Of a stretch of 64,000 nt of DNA, positions 44,701-64,000 are shown one piece after another (the first letter of the stretch is position 1; each line of letters opens with the position of its first letter). Location of the stretch: positions 23,576,628 to 23,640,627 of the forward strand of contig OZ037767.1 of the NCBI GenBank assembly GCA_964035545.1, read 5' to 3'. The DNA comes from Bugula neritina. Its lineage: Eukaryota > Animalia > Bryozoa. The position numbers were made by a program, and so were the translations under genes. Under the pieces are notes generated by a model that made no database searches, had not been told where the DNA came from, and was given only the letters and a program-made list of their open reading frames with translations.

Positions 44701-47194
44701 TGTAGAATACAGTATAAAGTATGTTTTGGGAGACTGATTTTTTTATTTAGTAAGATTTTTTATATAAAAATTACTCAGTATATGGATGCTGAAATGACAC
44801 ACTATATGGATTGATATCAACTTATTACATTTAGCATAATGTTATGTTGAAAGTGCTAGAACATGAAATGTGTACAAATGATTTGATTCTTGTATATTTA
44901 CAGACCACAGAAACTGTTCTTTAAGATGCCAAATCAAACTAAAGAAGGCAAAGTTCAGTTAATAATAAAACTATCAGAAAATGTCACAGCAAAGTACGAC
45001 TTTGTATATAGAAAGGATCCTATTTTGAACCATCCTGTTCAGCCTGCCACCATTGCTGGGTAGGTAAACAAACATTTATTTACATAATGATGACTTAAGC
45101 CAGGGCCACATAGACCGACATTTCTTGTACAAAACCCTATGATGTAAAACCCCAGTGCAAGAGATTCTTGTCATTCACAATATGTTTCTATTAATAGGAT
45201 CAAAACTCAAGTAGACAAATGTATTATTCAATGGTTTTAATGCTTTTTATTAGGAAATTGCACGTACTTCTCTCAGTAATGTGCAGCTGCTTGACTTTTC
45301 TATAGACTAGTTTGCTTCAACATATCAACGATAAAATATTCTGCTCATGGGTTAGTTCACTCATTACCAGTTATTTTAAAGCATACTGTGAACATGAAGC
45401 AGTTTGAGTCTTTAAAGCTTGTTGGAGTATACGCCCCCCCCCCCGCGCTTGTCATAACTCATTTGTTACTCTTTCAGTGGAAGAATAGACGCTGAGTTTG
45501 ACATTCTGAATGTTGAGTCATCAAATAAATATACTCTGTTTACTCCAACACTTGGAGAGACCTTTGTGAGTTAGAGGATTAATATTTACCATGTAGAAGT
45601 AACCATAAAAAACTGTTTAACCTCTTATACTGGTATACCTTAGTTATCATGTATAATATGACTTTTCCTTGTTAGGAATTCATCAGATATAAATTATAGC
45701 TTATAAACAATTTCAAATTTCAACATATTCTTATATGTAATTATTACAATAATGTAATATAAGTATTTGCCACTAAACTACAGTAGAGGGTATAGAAATG
45801 GTATTGTTTATCTGACAGGCATGTTCCCATGATGGTAGGACATTGAGGTGTGCTATAACCCAAATTATAACAGGTATCACAGCATGTTTTACTTGTTAGA
45901 CTTTTTCATAACATTTATATAACTATGACTCTGCTAGCAGGACACTAAGTTAATTATATAGGGTCTGTCCAATTTCACAACTGGTATTTATACCTCTTAG
46001 AAAAACACTTACCCGGGTTAATAGTTCTATTGTTTGGTGATGTACTACAATTCAAACCCCTTTATGATAATTGCAACCATGCAAAGCTCTCCAAAATTTA
46101 ATTTTAGCACCATACATGTTCATTTTGCTTTTTGATACGTGCATTAAGGTTTTTCAATAAAGGTTCCATTGGTATGAAACCAATATATGCTTGATTCAAG
46201 GTTCACCGAATTACTTGTTTAAATGAGTTTTCATTAATATTATGCTTATGATGTTTTAGCAAAACAAGAGAATTTAACAAACCCGTGGTATCTACCTGTT
46301 CAGCTGTTAAGTGATGGAATTCCTGTGAAAAACTCTGAGAATTTGAACCTGACCATCTACAGTGATCCAGTGATAGAAGTAAGCACGAGTAGGGCTGGCA
46401 ATGTACCCCACCCTAAATTAGTAAATATGGGTGTGGAACAGTACACTGACTATAGCTCTACAGTTTATCATAACAACAATATAATGAAATATTAGCTTCA
46501 TTGTTTGCTATATACTAATGAGATGTCCGTCATGATACGGAATATATAAATACATAAAGAAACCAAACATTCTGAATATGAAGTTTACAATCCATCAGAA
46601 GTAGTTTTTTATCATGTAGTGACTAGACAATCAAAATATGCTCTAGATATTACTAAATTTAAAACTGCTCTCAAAGATAATAATTGCTGATTATGTAACA
46701 AGGTGCTAGTTAATATAGCAAAGTTAGTGTTGCTGATAATTAAAATCTACACTAAGTAGCAAACTGTTAATTGGGGAGATATTGACTTTATTTCGAAACA
46801 TTTTTCAAATTGTTTATTATATTTGCACCTATATCAATTAAGAAAGGAATCAAAGCTAAAATTTTGTCTAAAATCTTCTGTTTATGGGGGAGTTCTTTGT
46901 TATAAATATTTTGTCATCAATTAAATAGCAAATAGGAAAGTTTTTTTTATAATAAGCAATTAAGTCCGGCCATTGACTAAGTTATTAAAAGCAGGATTCA
47001 TTTGTGTAGATTCTAAAAACATTTTTCTTCTGTTGCACTGCATTAACTGGGTTATATATTATTAATGTCATATTTTAATTAGTGAGAATTTATTTGTGAT
47101 TGCATTTTAGTAAAAAACTTCTCTCATTATTCATTTTCTTTACTTTTAGGCTAAACCCACAAATCACAGGCTGCTGACAGTATCTGAGCCATAA
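41722..47194 (+). CDS. Gene C: predicted secreted ectodomain-only paralog (SP, 1 NHL-like propeller, CCP, IPT), 10 coding exons, 681 aa, no TM or kinase
   Basis: Exons 41722-41786, 42646-43643, 43903-44079, 44245-44429, 44561-44718, 44904-45059, 45478-45565, 45819-45873, 46260-46378, 47150-47194; total 2046 nt with an open frame. Signal peptide MMLPSLLLWFTSGVILSTISA. Last exon AKPTNHRLLTVSEP* follows ttttctttacttttag; AATAAA at 47457. Confidence 0.82.
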
Positions 47195-47967
47195 AAGTAT
47201 TTGGCTGCTATTCACAACTTAGTTGTATAGCTTACTATGACTATTTACTGTCTGTTCTGAGTAAACAAGTGTTTCTCCATGTTGATATACAATCTGATAA
47301 CCTACCATTTATTTCACTGTGTATGTTCATTTGTTTGTAAGAGAGTTGTCCACTTTTTCATCTTTTTTTATGTAAAATTATGGTACTCATGATGCATTTC
47401 TTAATGTCCTTTCTATGTCATTTTTTAAATATATGCATTTTACAGTAAATATTTCTAATAAAGCTTCATCACACACACACACGCACACACACACACACAC
47501 CGTACAGACACCGTACACACACCGTGCACACATTGTACACACACCTTACACACACCTTACACCCACCATACATACAGTGAAGTTAAACATTACATAATGC
47601 AAGTTTTGTTTGCTATGACTAAATAAAGGTGCCTTTATTTTGACTGCATATGTCAAAATGATTATAACTTAAATGAATGCTTTGTTTTAATTAAAATAAA
47701 TACCAAACAAATATTGAGGTCAGATATTGCAATTCTTTAAAACTTTGAAGAAATGTTATTAACACATACAAGAGTAACTATGAAAACGAAAATATCATTA
47801 GACTAACGGTTATTAGAATTAGCTTCTGTATAAGTACTGATAGTATGAAGATAATTAATTAAAGAAGAAGGATAGTGTCACGAAAAACCAAAACTCATCA
47901 AATTTTTAAAAGGTGAAAGTTCAAGTTCTAAATTGCTCCTCTAAACATTAGTAATCAGTGACATAAC

Positions 47968-48053
47968 AGGGGAGGGGGAGGGGGAGGGGGAGGGGGAGGG
48001 GGAGGGGGAGGGGGAGGGGGAGGGGGAGGGGGAGGGGGAGGGGGAGGGGGAGG

Positions 48054-48146
<93 letters not shown>
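47968..48146. repeat. (GGGGGA)n followed by (GA)n polypurine tract
   Basis: About 15 GGGGGA units followed by ~90 nt of GA. Confidence 0.97.
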
Positions 48147-48148
<2 letters not shown>

Positions 48149-48491
48149 TGAGTTTTGCGTATAGACATGCTGTGTGTGTGAGTGCGAGTGTGCGTGTGCG
48201 TGGTTTTATTGCAAAATATGTTTAGTGTGAAATACGTATATTTTAATTAGTATTGAAGCATTTAAAAGATGACAGGAAAACACATTAATAATGCATAATG
48301 AGTACAATAAGTCTACATAAAAGATGAAAAAAGTGAACAACTCTCTTACAAACAAATGAACATGCACAGTAAAATAAATGGTCAGTTATCAGCTTGTATA
48401 TTAACATGGAGAAACACCTGTTTACTAAGAACAGACAGCAAATAGTCATAGTAAGCTATACAACTGAGTTATGAATAGCAGCCAAATACTG

Positions 48492-56254
<7,763 letters not shown>

Positions 56255-57789
56255 GATAGACAATTAGTGTTTATGTTTCTTTACAATACAATCTATAAGA
56301 GTTTAAACATCCAGTGTAGTCAGAATGCATAATAATATGTATTCCGCTGCTTTCTATGCTGCAAGACTTACGCAGAACTGTGCATTTAATAGCTCACAAA
56401 CACACAAGCGCCCACACATTCAGACATTCTGCTAGATCTAGACAACATGTTAAAAGTCCTTTTTAAAAGTTCAGAAAATAAAAAAATAGACACCTCTCCA
56501 AAATAGCAATCACTAAATATTATATTATCAATTATGTCTGCTTCTTTATGTCTAGGCTAACTTGGTACTCAAAACAAATAAACTTTGGCATGGTTGCATG
56601 AAAATGCTATAAAATTAAGAATACCAAACAATTAACATTACCTAAAAGTATATATGAAGGCTAAAAAACCGTTTTTGTAGGTACACAAGCAGTAAAACAC
56701 TGTGTCCATGTGTGTTAACCAATGCCTGCACAACCTTGTTGCTAGCCTTATATAGCTGAGGTACCAACATGCAAATGTGGGCGGGTTGAATATCTTAATG
56801 CACCTTTGTTGTTAAAAGTCATCATATCAAAGTTATACTCTGCTGAACTCCAATAGGCAATTAGGATTTGGCACCTGAAGAACTTTTGCTTAAAATGAGT
56901 GAATTTGCAGTGGAATAACAGCTTTCAATAGCACATCATGAACTTTTAAGTTTTTAATTATATTAGAATGCATTTGATTTTTAACACATGATAATCATCA
57001 TCTGTTTCACTACCACCATCACCTCCAACAATATCTATATGATGAATACCATCACTTAGATCTTCATCCGAGTCACCATAACAGCCTCTTCCATCTTCTG
57101 AGTACCTGCATCTATCTCGGTTGTTGTCAACTTTTGCACCATAGAAAGAAGGAGTTTTAGCTTTTGTAGTCTCGTTATCATGTGGCTTGGCTTTTGCTTT
57201 ACTTGGAAGTGGCCACAGTGATTTTGAAAATTAGACTTGCTGCTCTTAAGTAGAGGTGATGTAGCACTGTTATATATATGACTATTGTTTCACAAAGCAC
57301 AGTAGATATATGAGCAATGTCAAGAATCTGCAGTAATACTAATATCAGTAATTGGTGCGAAATCTTCATTAGAACTTAAGAGTATAGTTAGCAGTTGATT
57401 TGTATGTCATATTAACAAAAATAGAGTGTTGAATATTTCTCTGGGATCATGTAATTTAGATGATGTAATGTTATGCAATCAGAATAAGATCGTTTATGAG
57501 TTACAGAAATATGTTTTATTCTAACAGGAAGAACAGGAACGAAGCGAATAATAAATGTATAATTAATGTAATGTAGTAAAATAAGCTGTGTTACAAGTAA
57601 AGACAACTATAGATTGTTTGATGAATGATTGTCTTCTAATAAGTTTATTGCAGATTGTTAATCAACAGTATAACCAATTTTATTATAGATCAGTCAGCTT
57701 TGATTCGTCCTTTTTACATCTCATGGGCTAAATACAAACACAGCACTAATTTAGAACATCCGGTCTCAAAACATAATATAACATTTGGG

Positions 57790-57892
57790 ATCACTGTGGT
57801 CCATTACAGTTATAGCCTGGCACTCAGTTGTAGATGGTATATGTAAAAGTATAGTTTTTTTGGATTCAATCAATAACTGTGCAATATAAACT
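57790..57892 (-). pseudogene. Degraded relic of the TM-containing exon 12 (VYIAQLLIESKKTILLHIPSTT)
   Basis: Aligns to the start of gene B exon 12 (VYIAQLKLNPTSAVFLSAVSSTT). The acceptor reads CAA instead of CAG, and no hydrophobic TM follows in frame. Confidence 0.5.
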
Positions 57893-58939
57893 TGTATGAA
57901 AAAAAGGGTGGGGTAAGGCAGATACCCTGTGTGACTAATTAGCAAGTTTGAATCCAAAACTTATAAAAATGCATCTAATGACAGCCATGTAAGAAATATC
58001 AGGCATCTTATGGGAGGAACATTAACAAAATTTGAGAAGCTCATTACAGACAACTAGATATGATTTTATTTCACTTGTGCTAAATTACTATAACTATATT
58101 AATAATGCAGCCTAGGTATTGCAGTTGCAGCTATAATGTTGTCTTTAACTGTCCTGTGCTAGTGATAACTTCTTGTTGTATAATTATCAAATATAAATTA
58201 TATTTTACCTAACACATTAATTGGCAATTTTGAGTTTAAACAAGTTTATTTTTGCATGTAATTACTGCAGAAGCATTAAACATTTTACAGGTTTATTGCT
58301 GAAATGAATCATGGTGTGTAGAAATTTAACCCAGTCTTACATGTTATTTATTGCTAAAAAAATTATAGGGAGTAGAAACAAAACTGGCATTGCATGTTAT
58401 TTACTGCTGGGATAAATTATAGGGTATAAAAGTGATCCTAGTATTACATTCTGCTTGCTGCTAAAGTTAATTATATTGACACAACCTAGTATTAAATGTT
58501 ATTTATTGCTGAAAAAATTAAAGGGCGTAGAAATAAAGTAGGGTGTTAAGCAATGTTATTTAATGTTGAGATAATTTATAGAATGTCAAAATTACCCAGT
58601 ATTACATGTTGCTCACAGCTGCAACAAAGCATTAGGTGTATAAATTAAAAACGATGAAAATGCCACATTATTGTGAGAGTTTCAACAAATGCTGTTAAAT
58701 ACAATGAAGTGTATTTCAAGTTGTTTACAGACGTCTCAACCTTAGTTAACCAATCCTATAAATTTTACATCAAACCAGGAAGCACCATCTTATATGTACT
58801 CAAACCCACCCACCTACAATATTATAAAACTTGCCGAAAAATATAAATAGAAGACTTAGCACACTGTCGTTCAGCGAAGAGGAGTTCAATGCCACTATAC
58901 TACCACACCAAGAAGCACTCCAAGCATCATAATAAAAAT

Positions 58940-59580
58940 AGAAATAGAAACATATTGTAGTATAACCTAGCTTTCTGCTCAACAGTGAAAACTAACATAG
59001 GAAACATATTATTCTCTAAACCTTTGAAAAATGCTTCTTACCTTTAAACCAACTGTGTAAATCAATAGAAAAACTATAAGAATTATAGCTGCTTAGTATG
59101 CTTAATATGAAAAATATCATTGATTGCTAGAACCAACACCAACTGGAAGCTACACATAACTCTACTACCACTACTAAACTTAACGGCACACAATGCAACT
59201 GTCCATTAAATAGCAAATGCCTATATAAAAATGTAATCTACCAACCAACTATGGCAAGATATGATAACATCTCCAGCCATTCTTACATAATACCTTGCTC
59301 AACGACTTTTAAAACTAGATTTAATAACCATAAAACCTCATTCGTGCATTCAAGTAAAAGGAATAATAGTCAACTCAGCGAGCACATATGGAAATCGATA
59401 GAAAATAAAACACATTTCAACATCAAATGGAATAATATAAAAATATGCAAATCATACTCTAATGTAGCCAACAGATACCAACTTATGCAGCTAGGAAAAG
59501 CACGTCATCTTAAAACATCCAGAGCCATCACCCCTAATTAACAAACGTAAAGGACTTTCAAGTGCATGCAGGCAACGTTA
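58940..59580 (+). mobile_element. Penelope-like retroelement relic (C-terminal GIY-YIG endonuclease region)
   Basis: CNCPLNSKCLYKNVIYQ...YII.CSTTFKTRFNNHKTSF...SQLSEHIWK...FNIKWNNI...YSNVANR matches the Cys-rich linker plus GIY-YIG tail of Penelope-like elements. Decayed. Confidence 0.72.
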
Positions 59581-59822
59581 ATTAAAAAATGAGTAGTAAT
59601 GAAATATAAACAACTATAAATTTTAAACAAAATTTCGCTCCACCGCAGACTGTAGCAGCTGGTGAGTATACTGTTGTTATACAAACAAATTTATAGTGAG
59701 ATATTTGAGGAACTTTTTTTAGCAAATATAGCATAAATACTTAAAATAAATACTCTACACATTATTTGCTGTTTTTTTAAAATATTATGATTTTTTAATT
59801 AACTTTTTTCTCTCACAGAAAC

Positions 59823-59881
59823 TGTGTGTGTGTGTGTGTGCGTGTGTGCGTGTGTGCGTGTGTGCGTGTGTGCGTGTGTGT
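59823..59881. repeat. (TG)n/(TGTGTGCG)n microsatellite
   Basis: Direct inspection. Confidence 0.95.
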
Positions 59882-60817
59882 CAGGTGTTTGTTTGGACAA
59901 TATCTGTAGCACAACCTGCTCAATTGGGTTTTTGACAGTAGAAAAGAAACATGTATAGTAATGGTGAACTCGACTCAGTATATTAATTAACAGTTGCTAT
60001 TTTTAGCAAATAAATAGTGAACAGTTTTATGTCAATTATACAAAGCAAGTAACAGGAGCCAAAAGGTTAGTTGTACTAATTTTACATCTATGCTGTTAAT
60101 GTTTTATCTCATATATATGCACTTTCTAAATTATCATATTGCATGTGTGTGTGCGCACGAAAGTGCAAAGTGCATTAGTATATGAAAAAATATACAGAAA
60201 ATAGCTGCATCCTACCTGGTAACTGCTTTCCAACAGCACCATGCTCATAAAGTTTAACCATGAATACTGTAGGCACTTGTTCTTAGATTTTTTGATCAGA
60301 CTGAACTTCAATGTATGTAAATCAACAGGAGTGCATCATCATTTGCAGAAGGATAAAAAAACAGAAAAGCATTTTGGAAGCTTTATTTGTGATAACCTTT
60401 TACAAATAATTTCAATGATTATAAATATGGGTTCAACATATTAATTTTTTATTTATATTTTCGGTGTGCAAATTATAAAACAACATGCACCTGTTAAAAT
60501 ACCCATAGATAGCACATAATATTTTTTAAAAATATATAATATACACAGAGAGTGTTTGATTCAAATTTATATCTTATGTTAGTAGAACTATGAAAATGCA
60601 TTAAGTAGAGTAACATAGCTTATAAGCTAAATGCATACTTGATCCTAAAATTTGATAGCAATTTTACATCTGTGATTGACAGCTTATTATTATATGTTAT
60701 GTAGATATTATATAATTTATATCATATATGATAGTATACTCTCTATAAGTTGTGATTTATTGCGGCTAAATTGCTCATACTAGAATAAGCTGCTGACCCT
60801 GTATGTTTCAAGGAATA

Positions 60818-63621
<2,804 letters not shown>

Positions 63622-63790
63622 CTACAATAGTATGTATAAGCTAAGTATATTTTTACTACTCGTTATTCTACTAGAGTTCATGAGTTATAAATGCTCCAGT
63701 TTAAATATAGCTCTCAAACAATTTTCCTGTAGAGAGTCAATGTTAAACCCACCTATATTTTTACAGAAATATTTGCTAGTTTAATGACCT

Positions 63791-63918
63791 CACACACACA
63801 CACATGCACACGCACACGCACACGCACACGCACACGCACACGCACACGCACACGCACACGCACACGCACATGCACGCACGCACGCACACACGCACACACA
63901 CACCTATATATATATATA
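63791..63918. repeat. (CA)n/(CACACG)n plus short (TA)n microsatellite
   Basis: Direct inspection. Confidence 0.95.
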
Positions 63919-64000
63919 TTTTTGTTCATCACTTGGATGTTATAAAAGAACTTGCCGATCTTCACAACTTTGGCCTTTTATAAAAACAATTTCTACTGCA

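Noticed and set aside
47941-48168. (SL)n(SP)n ORF; similarly the (TH)n/(VR)n ORFs at 39745, 47415 and 63753
   Set aside because: Translations of simple repeats.

Overview
AT-rich, intron-containing animal genomic DNA, probably from an invertebrate (taxon not determinable from this window). Nearly the whole window is one tandem cluster of five paralogous genes. I reconstructed them exon by exon from GT-AG boundaries, and the intron phases and most exon lengths match across copies. Genes A (+, 2661-14501, ~1453 aa) and B (-, 35246-15261, ~1512 aa) are complete 19-exon receptor tyrosine kinases with a MET/RON-type kinase. Their ectodomain is not the Sema-PSI-IPT type: it reads signal peptide, two NHL-like beta-propeller modules, Sushi/CCP, about three IPT/TIG domains, then the TM segment. 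Genes C (+, 41722-47194) and D (-, 56254-48492) are intact 10-exon paralogs of 681 aa each. They keep one propeller, the CCP and the IPT stalk, then appear to splice into a dedicated 45-nt terminal exon (..TVSEP*, followed by AATAAA). They are therefore predicted secreted ectodomain-only proteins. Gene E (-, runs off the right edge) contributes six kinase/tail exons with an activation-loop deletion and lost tail tyrosines. The paralogs show patchwork gene-conversion-like identity, variable propeller loops and orphan exon relics. Together this suggests a rapidly evolving cluster of membrane receptors plus soluble decoys, possibly for recognition or immunity (function is inference). Also present: a 5.25-kb TTAA-flanked Kolobok-type DNA transposon with a decayed P2X7-ballast-like ORF in an intron of gene B, a Penelope-type GIY-YIG relic, tRNA-derived SINE-like relics, microsatellites and a perfect 53-bp-arm hairpin.
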